From: Candidatus Latescibacterota bacterium
GTDB lineage: Bacteria; Latescibacterota; UBA2968
Assembly: GCA_965222605.1 (NCBI GenBank)
Contig: OZ244960.1
Location: forward strand, 3,776,001-3,840,000
Direction: 5' to 3'
DNA: 64,000 nucleotides
Below are positions 29,404-39,503 of the stretch, piece by piece (within the stretch, counting starts at the first letter, position 1; the number at the start of each line of letters is the position of its first letter). The notes beneath the pieces are model-generated. The model saw only the letters and a list, made by a program, of their open reading frames with translations, had not been told where the DNA came from and ran no database searches. The position numbers and the translations under genes are program-made.

Positions 29404-31191
29404 ATGCTATTTCGCCTTTCACTCATTGTTCTGTGTTGCGGCGCGCTGCTTGCGGGTGCGGCGAATGCTGAATTGCAACTGCCCTACAAGGCAGAGGGGC
29501 TGAGTAAGGAGCAGGCTGCAGCGTATCTTCTGGAGCGTTTTGCCTTTGGTGCGCGTCCAGGTGAAGTGGAAAAAGTGGTGCAGATGGGGCCAGAGAAATG
29601 GCTGGCACAGCAGTTGGCAGGCAATTTGTCGGATGCGGCGTTGGATAAACGATTGGAAGCATTTCCCGCGTTGAAAATGACGCAGTCTGAGATGGCCGCA
29701 GTTTATTTGCAAAATGGCCGGCTTCGCAATATGATGAAGAAAGAGGGGATAATTGATCCCGCAAAGACGCCTCGCAAAGAGATGAATGAAAAGATGAAAG
29801 CGTATCGCGAGAAGCACGGGTTGCGTCCTTATGGCGTGCTTTCCAATCAGGAACTGAAGGGTCAGAAGGTGATGCGGGCGGTGTATAGCGAGAACCAGCT
29901 CACCGAGGTGATGACGGATTTCTGGTTTAATCATTTCAATGTGACCACGCGCGATGGTGGGGCGCGCAGTCGCACGCTTTCTTATGAGCGCGATGCGATT
30001 CGCCCCAATGTGTTGGGCAATTTCCGCACGATTTTGGGTGCGACGGCCAAGCATCCGGCGATGTTGTATTATCTGGACAATGCACAGTCGCGTATGGCAC
30101 CGCCAGAGCAGCAGAATCAGCCCAAGCCCGAGCCTGTGAAGGAGATGGCAGCAGGCGAGATGGGTATGGATGGCGGTATGGATGGTGGGATGATGGGTGA
30201 GACGGCAAAGGCTCCTGAAAAGGCTCCCGCAAAGGCGCAGACGCCTCCAAGACGCAAGCGCAAGTACGGTTTGAATGAGAATTATGCGCGCGAGTTGATG
30301 GAGTTGCACACCCTGGGCGTGGATGGTGGGTACACGCAGCGTGATGTTACCGAGGTTGCGCGTGTGTTGACCGGATGGGCTGCGGCGCCTTATGGCAATG
30401 GGCGAAAAAATATCGACAAGCAAATCGCCAGGGGCAGTAAAAACATCATTCGTCAGGGCGAATTTGTATTCCGCACATCCTGGCACGATCAAAATGCCAA
30501 GGTGGCGTTGGGTGAGACATTCCCCGCAGGAGGTGGTATAGAAGAGGGCGAGCGCGTTTTGGATATGCTGTCTAAGCACCCTTCAACCGCGCGGTTTATT
30601 TCGACCAAGTTGGCGCGTCGGTTTGTCAACGATGTACCGTCAGATGATCTGATTGATCAGATAGCCGAAACCTTTACCAGGACCGACGGGGATATCGCTG
30701 CTGTGGTGGCTACATTGGCTCAGTCCCGCGTGTTTTGGGTCGAGGCGAAAAAGCGCAGCAAGATGAAGTCGCCGTTTGAGCTGGTGGTGAGTTCTCTTCG
30801 CGCATTGGAAGCGGATGTGAAGAATCCGCAGCCGATGATGACCTGGTTTAACCGCATGGGCGAGCCCCTGTATGGTTATTTGCCGCCTACGGGTTTTCCG
30901 GATTATGCCGAGTCGTGGGCAAATTCGGGTACGCTGATCGCGCGAATGAATTTCGGCGTGCGTCTGGCTACGGGTAGAATTAACGGGGTGACGCTGAAGC
31001 GATTGTCCAGGGATAGCGATGGTCTGACAACGGATGAGGCATTGGCGATGTATAGCAAGTTGCTATTGCCGGCACAGGATACCAGTGCTATTGCGTCCGA
31101 GGTGAAAGAGACGATTCCAGATGATGCCGAACGCAAAGATATTCATGTGGTTAGTATGTTGCTGGGGTCGCCGGAATTTCAATACCGATAA
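29404..31191 (+). CDS. DUF1800 family protein
   Basis: FWFNHF, HPAMLYYLDN, NENYARELMELHTLG, terminal SPEFQYR. Confidence 0.9.
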   Translation: MLFRLSLIVLCCGALLAGAANAELQLPYKAEGLSKEQAAAYLLERFAFGARPGEVEKVVQMGPEKWLAQQLAGNLSDAALDKRLEAFPALKMTQSEMAAVYLQNGRLRNMMKKEGIIDPAKTPRKEMNEKMKAYREKHGLRPYGVLSNQELKGQKVMRAVYSENQLTEVMTDFWFNHFNVTTRDGGARSRTLSYERDAIRPNVLGNFRTILGATAKHPAMLYYLDNAQSRMAPPEQQNQPKPEPVKEMAAGEMGMDGGMDGGMMGETAKAPEKAPAKAQTPPRRKRKYGLNENYARELMELHTLGVDGGYTQRDVTEVARVLTGWAAAPYGNGRKNIDKQIARGSKNIIRQGEFVFRTSWHDQNAKVALGETFPAGGGIEEGERVLDMLSKHPSTARFISTKLARRFVNDVPSDDLIDQIAETFTRTDGDIAAVVATLAQSRVFWVEAKKRSKMKSPFELVVSSLRALEADVKNPQPMMTWFNRMGEPLYGYLPPTGFPDYAESWANSGTLIARMNFGVRLATGRINGVTLKRLSRDSDGLTTDEALAMYSKLLLPAQDTSAIASEVKETIPDDAERKDIHVVSMLLGSPEFQYR

Positions 31192-31211
31192 ATCGGAAAG
31201 GAGATAGCATT

Positions 31212-32480
31212 ATGGAATGGAATCGAAGAGCATTTATGAAGGGCAGCGGATTGGCCTTGTTTTCGGCATCGTTTGGCGGTACGCCGCTGTTCTTGAGCCG
31301 TGCGGCTGATGCTGCGAATAATCCGCTGGCACATAGCCGTCGCAAAGTGCTGGTGACGATTTTCCAGCGCGGGGCAATGGATGGGTTGATGGCGGTGACG
31401 CCATTTAACGATACCGCCCTTGCCGAGGCGCGCCCCAATTTGTTTATGAATTTGACCGATCCGGAAAACAAGCTGACGGATCTGGATGGTCGGTTTGCAT
31501 TGCATCCCTCTCTTGTGGAACTGGCACCGCTGTACAAGGAAGGTCGTCTGGCTATTGTACACGGTATAGGTTCGCCGAATAAGACGCGGTCGCACTTTGA
31601 TGCGCAGGATTACATGGAGAATGGGACGCCTGGTGTGAAAGGGACGACGTCGGGTTGGCTCAATCGGGCTGTGGGTTTGCTCGGTCACGAGGGCACGCCC
31701 TTCCGGTCTGTGGCATTGACGAAAGCATTACCGCGCTCATTTTACGGGAAGACGCCTTCGATTGCAGTGGATGATTTGCGTTCCTTTGGCATTCAGGTGC
31801 CGAATAATCCGCAGGCGACCGAACAGATGGAGGCAGGGTTTGAGTCGATGTATGCGCGGAGTGCCAAACGTCTGGTTCAGAAGGTGAGCACAGAGAGTTT
31901 TGAAGCGATTGAGATGTTGGAAAAAATCGGTGTGAGGAATTACAAACCCGTTGAGGGCGCGAAATATCCCAATACAGCATTGGGTCGTCGGATGCAACAG
32001 ATCGCGTTGCTGATCAAGTCGGATGTGGGGCTTGAAGTGGCGTTTACCGAGACAGGTGGGTGGGATACGCATGTGCAGCAAGGCACAACGACTGGTTCTT
32101 TCCAGCGCAGAGCCGTCGAGTTGTCGCAGTCCATAGGCGCGTTTTGGACGGATTTGGGCACGTATCAGGACGATGTGGTTCTGATGACGATGACGGAATT
32201 TGGTCGCACGGTGCATCAGAATGGTTCTCTGGGTACGGATCACGGTCGCGGATCGTGTTTGTTTGTGCTGGGGAATAACGTGGCTGGTGGTAAGGTCCAC
32301 GGGGACGTGCCAGAGCGGCTGGTGAAAGATGCGCTCGAAGATCGGCGCGATTTGCCCGTAACGACGGATTTCCGTTCTGTGTTTGCCGATGTGGCTGGTA
32401 AGCATCTGAATATTGATCGCTCCCATGATAGCGCGATGTTCCCGGGTTGGGAAGGTGAGCGGTTTAAGTTGATGACGTAA
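31212..32480 (+). CDS. DUF1501 family protein, Tat-exported
   Basis: NRRAFMK twin-arginine signal, RSHFDAQ, GGWDTH, EFGRT, GTDHG. Confidence 0.9.
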   Translation: MEWNRRAFMKGSGLALFSASFGGTPLFLSRAADAANNPLAHSRRKVLVTIFQRGAMDGLMAVTPFNDTALAEARPNLFMNLTDPENKLTDLDGRFALHPSLVELAPLYKEGRLAIVHGIGSPNKTRSHFDAQDYMENGTPGVKGTTSGWLNRAVGLLGHEGTPFRSVALTKALPRSFYGKTPSIAVDDLRSFGIQVPNNPQATEQMEAGFESMYARSAKRLVQKVSTESFEAIEMLEKIGVRNYKPVEGAKYPNTALGRRMQQIALLIKSDVGLEVAFTETGGWDTHVQQGTTTGSFQRRAVELSQSIGAFWTDLGTYQDDVVLMTMTEFGRTVHQNGSLGTDHGRGSCLFVLGNNVAGGKVHGDVPERLVKDALEDRRDLPVTTDFRSVFADVAGKHLNIDRSHDSAMFPGWEGERFKLMT

Positions 32481-32554
32481 AGCCATTATCGACCACTCAT
32501 TTGAACTGCTGTACTGGCGTTGTGCAGCGTGTGTGCAGTTGTACACCGCTTTAG

Positions 32555-32596
32555 AAAAAAAACTCGAGTGTCGAAGTGCGGCACTCGAGTTTTTTT
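32555..32596. terminator. Bidirectional terminator, related to 34186-34221
   Basis: A-run CTCGAGTGTC/GGCACTCGAG T-run. Confidence 0.75.
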
Positions 32597-32609
32597 AATT
32601 TTTTATTAA

Positions 32610-32730
32610 TGGATTGCGGCCCCGTATTACAACCTACGGGACATGCTTTAAGCCTGCCGCCACGCGAAGCACAACGCTAGTAATGACATCAGTTACTCGT
32701 CACGCCTGCATGCCTTAAGCAGGCGTCCAG
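32610..32730. repeat. CGTC-type REPs carrying micro-insertions
   Basis: Inverted REP 32610-32687 with inserts 32621-32647 and 32661-32681; second REP at 32698-32730. Confidence 0.65.
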
Positions 32731-32836
32731 AATGAGTTTTTTTTAACTTTTAATTCGCGCTGATAGCTACATACAGTTGCCTTTGATCTCTGTTCATCCG
32801 TGTTCATCGGTGGTTGCTTTTTTAAGGAGGTTTGCA

Positions 32837-34165
32837 ATGACATTGCGCTTTGCACTAATTGTTTTGTGCTGCGTTGCGTTGCTTAGGGTGGCTCCGGCGG
32901 ATGCTGAATTGCCCTACAAGGCGGAAGGGCTGAGTAAGGAGCAGGCTACAGCGTATCTTTTGGAACGCTTTGCTTTTGGTCCTCGACCTGGTGAAGTGGA
33001 AAAAGTGGCGCAGATGGGTCCCGAGAAGTGGCTGGCACAGCAGTTGGCGGGCAATTTGCCCGAGACTGAGTTGGACAAGCGATTGGAAGCGTTTCCCGCG
33101 TTGAAACTGACGCAGGCTGAAATGCAGGCAATCTATGTGCAGAATGGGCGGATTCGCAGAATACTGCAGAGAGAGGGAGTGATTGATGCCGCAAAGATGG
33201 ATCGCAAAGAGATGAATAAAAAGATAAGCGCATATCGCAAGAAGCACGGGTTGCGTGCTTATAACGCGCTTTACAATCAGGAGCTTCGGGGGCAAAAAGT
33301 GATGCGGGCGGTGTATAGCGAGAACCAGCTCACCGAGGTGTTGACGGGATGGGCGGCGATGCCTTATAACAATGCGCGGAAAAATCTCGAGAAGCAAATT
33401 GCAAAAGGAAGTAACAAAGTCATTCGCGAGGGCGAATTTGTGTTCCGCAGAGACTGGCATGATAAAAATGCCAAGGTGGTGTTGGGTGAGAAGTTCCCGG
33501 CGGCGGGTGGTATAGAAGAGGGCGAGCGCGTTCTGGATATGCTGACCAAACATCCTTCAACTGCGCATTTTATTTCGACTAAGTTGGCGCGTCGGTTTGT
33601 CAACGACAGTCCTCCCGAGGCTTTGATTGAGCGGATGGCGAATACATTCCGCAAGACAGATGGGGATTTGGCTGCTGTGATGGGTACGTTGGCGCAGTCT
33701 CCCGAGTTTTGGGCAGAGGCGAAGAAGCGCAGCAAGATGAAGTCGCCGTTTGAACTTGTGGTGAGTTCTCTTCGCGCGCTGGAAGCGGATGTGAAGAATC
33801 CGCAGCCGATGATGGGCTGGTTTGACCGCATGGGCGAGCCGTTGTATGGTTATTTGCCACCTACGGGTTATCCAGATTATGCCGAGTCGTGGGCAAATTC
33901 GGGCACGCTGATTGCGCGAATGAATTTCGGTGTTCATCTGGCTACGGGCAAAATTAGAGGGATTGAACTGAAGCGATTGTCGCGGGATAACGATGGTCTG
34001 ACAACGGATGAGGCATTGGCGGTTTATAGCAAGTTGCTGTTGCCGGCACAGGATACCAGTGCTATTGCGTCAGAGGTGAAAGAGACGATCCCCGCGGATG
34101 CCAAGCGTAAAGATATTCAGGTGGTTAGTATGTTGATAGGATCGCCGGAGTTTCAATACCGGTAG
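32837..34165 (+). pseudogene. DUF1800 paralogue with in-frame internal deletion
   Basis: Lacks the 152 codons equivalent to 29908-30363, including the conserved motifs. Confidence 0.7.
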
Positions 34166-34185
34166 ATAGATGCGCTGGTTCAAGT

Positions 34186-34221
34186 AAAAAACTCGGGTGC
34201 CAAAGGGCACTCGAGTTTTTT
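34186..34221. terminator. Bidirectional terminator
   Basis: AAAAACTCGGGTGCC/GGCACTCGAGTTTTT. Confidence 0.75.
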
Positions 34222-34292
34222 GCGTTTGCAGGGTTCTAAATCGGTTGTGTAAGTTGCGTGTGGCATTTGATTGTTCGTAGCGAAAATATAAT

Positions 34293-34320
34293 GTAGGGGA
34301 CGGTCCCCGTGCCGTCCCGT
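34293..34320 (+). repeat. GTAG-type REP
   Basis: Identical to 11119-11146. Confidence 0.8.
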
Positions 34321-34328
34321 TGGTTTTA

Positions 34329-35828
34329 TTACCCCATCTCATCTATTCGTTCACATTTTTCATTGAGGCGCTGTTCGGCATCGGTGCCGCGCATTTGATG
34401 GGTGTGTGGGGAAATGCGAGGAGCTACGTTGGTGTATCCCCGGGCGTTTGGTCCTCTGTTTTTGGTTGTGCCTTCCAGTACTGTTTTGAGGTCGGCAATG
34501 TCGCCGCGCCAGGATAAGAGGGCGTGGCGCAGTTCGTTGCGGATTTCGAGATGGTCTGGATGGTCGTATAGATCGTTTTGTTCTTTGGGATCATTGAGGC
34601 GGTCAAAAAGACGGCCTTCGTCTTCTTCAAAGAAGTAGGTGAGTTTCCAGCGTTTGGTGGCGACGGCGCAGGATTTGTAGAGGGTGGCAACGGCGCAGCG
34701 GCGAGGAGATTGTTCGCCCCTGGCGAGTGGGGTGAAGAGGTCGAAGCCTTGCATGGAGGGGCATTCGGTGCCGGCAGCCGCGAGGAGGGTGGTGGTGATG
34801 TCGTTCCAGATGGCGAAGTCGCGCGTTTCTCCTTGCGGAAGTGTGCCGGGCATGCTCATGATAAAGGGGACGCGCCAGGATTCGTCGTGGAAGTTGTGTT
34901 TGTCATTAAAGCCGTGATCAAAGAATTGCTGTCCGTGATCGGATGTGAAGATGATCAGGGTGTTTTCCCGGAGGTTATTCTGGTCGAGGTAGTTCACGAT
35001 GCGACCGAGCAGGGCGTCGCAGTACGCGGCATACGCATAATAGATTTTGCGCAGTTCCATGATGGGGTCGCGATATTGCGGGTCGTAGATGCGGCCAATG
35101 GCTTCTCGCCAGTACCCGATATCATTTGGGTCTTCGCCTAGATGGCATTCGTTTTCGGGTTTGATGCCGAGCAGGCGTTTGGTGTGTGTGGGTTGGTTTT
35201 GTTCTTCGCGGTGGGTATAATTGAGGTCGGGCAGGTTGTCGCAGTTGTCATAAAAGGTGAGCCAGTCGCCTGGTGGACATTCGGGTGGATGCGGTGCAGA
35301 GAATGAGCAGAAGGCAAAAAAGGGACCCGAATCGCTATTAACTACTTTGTCGATTTGTTCGATGGTTTGTTTGGCGAAAAAGGTGTCGAGGAAGTGTTCT
35401 TCGGGTACGGGTGTGGGTTGTTTGTGACAGTCTTGAGGCGTGAATCCGTGTTTTGGGATGTATTCGCTATAATCGGCCTGGTCAATGATAATGTCGAAGG
35501 TGTCGGGGGTTTGACCAAAGTGTTGTTTGCCGACCATGATGTTGGTGTAGCCCTGTTCTTTGAGGAGGTCGGGAAGGGTTGAGAAGTGGGTGAGGCGGGT
35601 CATGCCGTTTTCCCACACGCCGTGTATGGGGGTGTGCAGGCCGGTGATGAGACTGCTGCGCGCGGGGTTGCATACCGGTGAGGGCGTGTGTCCCTGTGTG
35701 AACATCACGCCTTCGGCTGCGAGGCGATCTGCATGAGGTGAATGTGCAAATGGACTGCCCATGCAGTTGAGTGTGTCACAGCGTTGGGTGTCTGTTGTGA
35801 TGAGTACGAGGTTGGGTTGTCTGGTCAT
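34329..35828 (-). CDS. Sulfatase (Cys-type, S1 family)
   Basis: PNLVLITTD, CNPARSSLITG, GKQH, TSDHG. Confidence 0.92.
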   Translation of the reverse strand: MTRQPNLVLITTDTQRCDTLNCMGSPFAHSPHADRLAAEGVMFTQGHTPSPVCNPARSSLITGLHTPIHGVWENGMTRLTHFSTLPDLLKEQGYTNIMVGKQHFGQTPDTFDIIIDQADYSEYIPKHGFTPQDCHKQPTPVPEEHFLDTFFAKQTIEQIDKVVNSDSGPFFAFCSFSAPHPPECPPGDWLTFYDNCDNLPDLNYTHREEQNQPTHTKRLLGIKPENECHLGEDPNDIGYWREAIGRIYDPQYRDPIMELRKIYYAYAAYCDALLGRIVNYLDQNNLRENTLIIFTSDHGQQFFDHGFNDKHNFHDESWRVPFIMSMPGTLPQGETRDFAIWNDITTTLLAAAGTECPSMQGFDLFTPLARGEQSPRRCAVATLYKSCAVATKRWKLTYFFEEDEGRLFDRLNDPKEQNDLYDHPDHLEIRNELRHALLSWRGDIADLKTVLEGTTKNRGPNARGYTNVAPRISPHTHQMRGTDAEQRLNEKCERIDEMG

Positions 35829-35852
35829 AGAAGTTCTCCGGAAGGGGTTGGT

Positions 35853-36593
35853 ATGTCACTTTTAACAACGAAAGATAAAGCTTTTTTTAAGGAAAATGGC
35901 TATCTCATTCGGGACAATCTGTTGAATGAGGGTCAAATTCAACGAGCAGTTGATACACTTTGGAGTTATATTGAAGCAGATCGCAATGATCCGGAGACAT
36001 GGGTGGATGCTGGTCCGCGAAGTCCAGATTGTTGGGATCATCCGACAATTCGCGCGACGCTTTATGAGACGGATTTGTTTGCGATGTGCAGAGAATTGGC
36101 GGGCGATTTGAGCGATGATGCAGATCCTTGGACTATTCTGGTGTATCCGAGTGACAGCGATGAGTGGGCGATCAAGTTGCCTCATCTGGATGGATATAAT
36201 AAGGACGAGCAAGCAACCGTGGGATTTACGATTGGCGTGACGGTTTATCTCAATGATGTGGCTCCGCGTGGCGGAGGTTTTACACTGTGGCCGGGTAGTC
36301 ATAAGGCTGTTGCAGAGTTTTTCAAATCGCATTCCCTGTTGGGTCTCAATATGCATCATCCCGGCGGTATTGTCGAGCGCGATATGGGCCGCATTTTTGA
36401 TCTGAATGAACCTGTTGAGCTGGTCGGGCGAGCAGGTACTGCATGTATCTGGCACGGGTATATGGTCCACAGCGGTACGTCGAATTGCAGCGATCAGATA
36501 CGGATGGCACTGGTCAGTCGCATGAGTACAAGAAATTGGGATCTGTTGCAGTTTGAGACACCGGATGATATGTGGGAATATTGGGAAGTATGA
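35853..36593 (+). CDS. PhyH family Fe(II)/2OG dioxygenase
   Basis: FFKENGY, HLD...PGSH...H facial triad. Confidence 0.85.
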   Translation: MSLLTTKDKAFFKENGYLIRDNLLNEGQIQRAVDTLWSYIEADRNDPETWVDAGPRSPDCWDHPTIRATLYETDLFAMCRELAGDLSDDADPWTILVYPSDSDEWAIKLPHLDGYNKDEQATVGFTIGVTVYLNDVAPRGGGFTLWPGSHKAVAEFFKSHSLLGLNMHHPGGIVERDMGRIFDLNEPVELVGRAGTACIWHGYMVHSGTSNCSDQIRMALVSRMSTRNWDLLQFETPDDMWEYWEV

Positions 36594-36606
36594 AATGTGA
36601 ACAACT

Positions 36607-36691
36607 GTAGGGGCGAGGCATGCCTCGCCCCTAATCGTCATTGCGGCAGGGTGTAAGCCGCCACGCCGAAGGCACAACGCCAGTAATCCAG
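36607..36691 (+). repeat. GTAG REP plus CGTC REP with a 23-nt insert
   Basis: Same composite as 19240-19301; insert at 36662-36684. Confidence 0.75.
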
Positions 36692-36733
36692 TGGGGGTTG
36701 GGTAGTTGGTGAAGTGTGAAGGAGGATGTTATC

Positions 36734-37570
36734 ATGGATTTTGTAAAATTGAGCGATGAGCAGCGGGAGTTTTTTGATGCGGAAGGGTATCTGGTGGTGG
36801 AGAATGTTCTGGGGGCTGAGGAAGTTGCGCGGTTGACGGAAGCGTGTGATGAGATGATGGCGATTTACGATGATAAGGGAAGGGCGTACAAGCAGTTTCG
36901 AGACGGGATAGTGGAGAAGCCTGTATTTCGCTCTTTGATTGCACACTCGGGGACGGTGCCTCTGGTGATTCAACTTTTGAGTCCGGATATTCATTTGCAG
37001 AATACGGCGATTATTTACAAAGATCCGGAAGATGCCGAGACGACGGAGCCGATGCGTAGCTGGCATCGGGATATTGGGATTACGCAAGAGATTGGGCATG
37101 CGTATCAGCCGCGTGTTGGGATTAAGGTGTGTTATTGTTTGACGGATTTTCCAGGACCAGATTCGGGGATTACGCGGTTTGCGAGAAGAAGCCAGGTGCT
37201 CAATGAACCGCTGGGCATTCCAAGGGGAGAAGTCGATCCGCCCGAGGTGGTGCAGCCCGTATGTAAGGCGGGTGATGTGCTGTTTTTTGAGAATCGCATT
37301 TTTCACACGAAATCGCCAAATTTGAGCCACCGCACGTCCAGGGTGGTTATTTATGGGTATAGTTATAACTGGATTCAGAATGGATTTTATCTGGAGAATT
37401 TAGATAATGACGTGGTCGCAGATTTGACCGATATTGAGAAGCAGCTTCTGGATGTGCAGTTGAGTGATAATCCCAATTTGCGCGCGAGGCCAAATACCTA
37501 TCCGCTCACTGATTGGGCAGAGGAACACGGGGTGACGCCAGAGCAAATTCCCTGGACGGTTGAGGTTTAG
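36734..37570 (+). CDS. PhyH family dioxygenase
   Basis: FFDAEGY, WHRD, AGDVLFFENRIFH. Confidence 0.87.
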   Translation: MDFVKLSDEQREFFDAEGYLVVENVLGAEEVARLTEACDEMMAIYDDKGRAYKQFRDGIVEKPVFRSLIAHSGTVPLVIQLLSPDIHLQNTAIIYKDPEDAETTEPMRSWHRDIGITQEIGHAYQPRVGIKVCYCLTDFPGPDSGITRFARRSQVLNEPLGIPRGEVDPPEVVQPVCKAGDVLFFENRIFHTKSPNLSHRTSRVVIYGYSYNWIQNGFYLENLDNDVVADLTDIEKQLLDVQLSDNPNLRARPNTYPLTDWAEEHGVTPEQIPWTVEV

Positions 37571-37583
37571 AGATAGGAGGATT

Positions 37584-38510
37584 ATGGCAATGCGCGTTGG
37601 GAGATGGATTTTATGCTTCATTTTAATCGGGGCAACAGGTGTATATGCTCAGGATACTGAGCGAAAAAGGACGCCGCCCACGCTCGAGAATGTGGCTTAT
37701 GGACCTTATGAGCGGAATGTGCTGGATTTTTGGAGGGCAGAGTCGGACGCGCCAGCACCTGTTTTGATTTTTATTCACGGGGGTGGATTTGTCGGCGGCA
37801 ATAAAAGGAGTATTCGCGGTAATGTGGTTGTTAAAGCTTGTTTGGAAAAGGGCGTTTCATTTGCGGCGATTAACTATCGGTTCAGATCTACTGCGCCTAT
37901 ACAGGATATTTTGCGCGATGCAGCGCGTGCGGTGCAGTTTATCAGATATAATGCCGAGGCGTGGCATGTCGATCCCAAACGCATCGCTTCTTATGGTGGT
38001 TCTGCCGGTGCGGGGACTTCGATGTGGCTGGCGTTTCACGATGATGTGGCCGATCCCGATAGTGAAGATCCCGTGCTTCGCCAGTCTTCGCGTATTGTGG
38101 CGGCGGGATCTCGCAATGGACAGTTTTCCTATGATCTTTTGAAATGGGAATCTGTGCTCGGCGTGCCTGCTGAGAATTTTTATCCCAGGGATGCCTCGTT
38201 TTACGGTCTGGCGACATATAGTGAAACTGAGACTGAAAAGGGTAAGCAAATTCGGGCGGATGTGGATATGCGCGGGTTGATTACAAAAGACGATCCTCCT
38301 GTGTTTTTGTTTTCTGGTCAAAAGGGTGGGGTACCTCAAAATCGCGGTCATTATGTTCATCATCCCAAACATGCAATTGCGATCAAAGAGCGGTGCGGTG
38401 AAGCTGGTGTTGAGGTGGAAATGTATTTGCCAAAGATGGGGTCGCCTCCGCCGGGGAATGCAAATCAGGCGATGCTAACTTTCTTTTTTAAGCATCTGAA
38501 AGTTGAGTAA
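37584..38510 (+). CDS. Secreted alpha/beta hydrolase (HSL-like esterase)
   Basis: Signal peptide, HGGGF, GGSAG. Confidence 0.88.
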   Translation: MAMRVGRWILCFILIGATGVYAQDTERKRTPPTLENVAYGPYERNVLDFWRAESDAPAPVLIFIHGGGFVGGNKRSIRGNVVVKACLEKGVSFAAINYRFRSTAPIQDILRDAARAVQFIRYNAEAWHVDPKRIASYGGSAGAGTSMWLAFHDDVADPDSEDPVLRQSSRIVAAGSRNGQFSYDLLKWESVLGVPAENFYPRDASFYGLATYSETETEKGKQIRADVDMRGLITKDDPPVFLFSGQKGGVPQNRGHYVHHPKHAIAIKERCGEAGVEVEMYLPKMGSPPPGNANQAMLTFFFKHLKVE

Positions 38511-38524
38511 TAAAGGAGGTTGTT

Positions 38525-39415
38525 GTGGCATTCAAGGTATTGACAGATGGACAGGCGGCGCATTTTGTCGAGAAGGGGTATGTGAAGCTGGAGGGGTGTT
38601 TTGAGAAGGCGGAAATTCAGGATTGGCTCGATCTGGCATACGTGCGATTGGGGTATGATAGGGATGATCCTTCTACCTGGGAAGAAGAGCGGATTCACAT
38701 GCCGTCGATGAACCGGCGGGCAGTTGCCGAATTGGCGCCAAAGGCATGGGAGGGAATATGCGATGTGATGGGTGGGGCAGAGCGTATCAAGGGAGAACCT
38801 TCGTGGGGGGATGGGTTTATTATTAATTTTAATAAGGATGCCGATGATCCCTGGGCTCCGTCGGCAAAGCGCGGGGGATGGCACAAGGATGGAAATTTTT
38901 TCCGGCATTTTTTGGATAGTCCAGAGCAGGGTCTGTTGACGGTGGTCGTTTGGGATGATGTGTTGCCAAATAGCGGCGGTACGTATCTGGCACCGGATTC
39001 GGTTCCCAAAGTTGCGAAGTTTCTGTACGATCATCCCGAAGGTCTGGAACCCGGCGGGTTTGGGAAGATGATTGAGGGATGTGAGGAGTTTGTGGAAGCG
39101 ACGGGTAATGCGGGTGATGTGTATCTCATTCATCCGTATATGTTGCATTCTGCCGCGCCAAATCCTTCGGGACGACCACGGATTATTACGAATCCGCCGG
39201 TTGCGTTTGTGGAGCCTATGAATTTCAATCGCGAGAATCCCGATGAGTTTTCACTGGTGGAAAGAGTCGTGTTGAAGGCGCTAAGTGTCGAGCGATTGGA
39301 TTATCGTATTACAGGTGAACGAGAGGGGTATTACACGGAGTTTCGCCGCGAACGAGAGCGGATGCTGGTGGAGCAGAAGGCGCGTTTGGCGGGGCTTGAA
39401 AAGGAGGTTGTATGA
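38525..39415 (+). CDS. PhyH-like dioxygenase
   Basis: FVEKGY, WHKDG, GDVYLIHPYMLH. Confidence 0.82.
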   Translation: MAFKVLTDGQAAHFVEKGYVKLEGCFEKAEIQDWLDLAYVRLGYDRDDPSTWEEERIHMPSMNRRAVAELAPKAWEGICDVMGGAERIKGEPSWGDGFIINFNKDADDPWAPSAKRGGWHKDGNFFRHFLDSPEQGLLTVVVWDDVLPNSGGTYLAPDSVPKVAKFLYDHPEGLEPGGFGKMIEGCEEFVEATGNAGDVYLIHPYMLHSAAPNPSGRPRIITNPPVAFVEPMNFNRENPDEFSLVERVVLKALSVERLDYRITGEREGYYTEFRRERERMLVEQKARLAGLEKEVV

Positions 39416-39503
39416 ATTGATGCACAGATGTGGTATCATGGTGATGGGATTGGGAGAGGGGTTTCCCGTTCACACAGAGTTTTGAAAAGAGGAGCGTGTT
39501 GTT

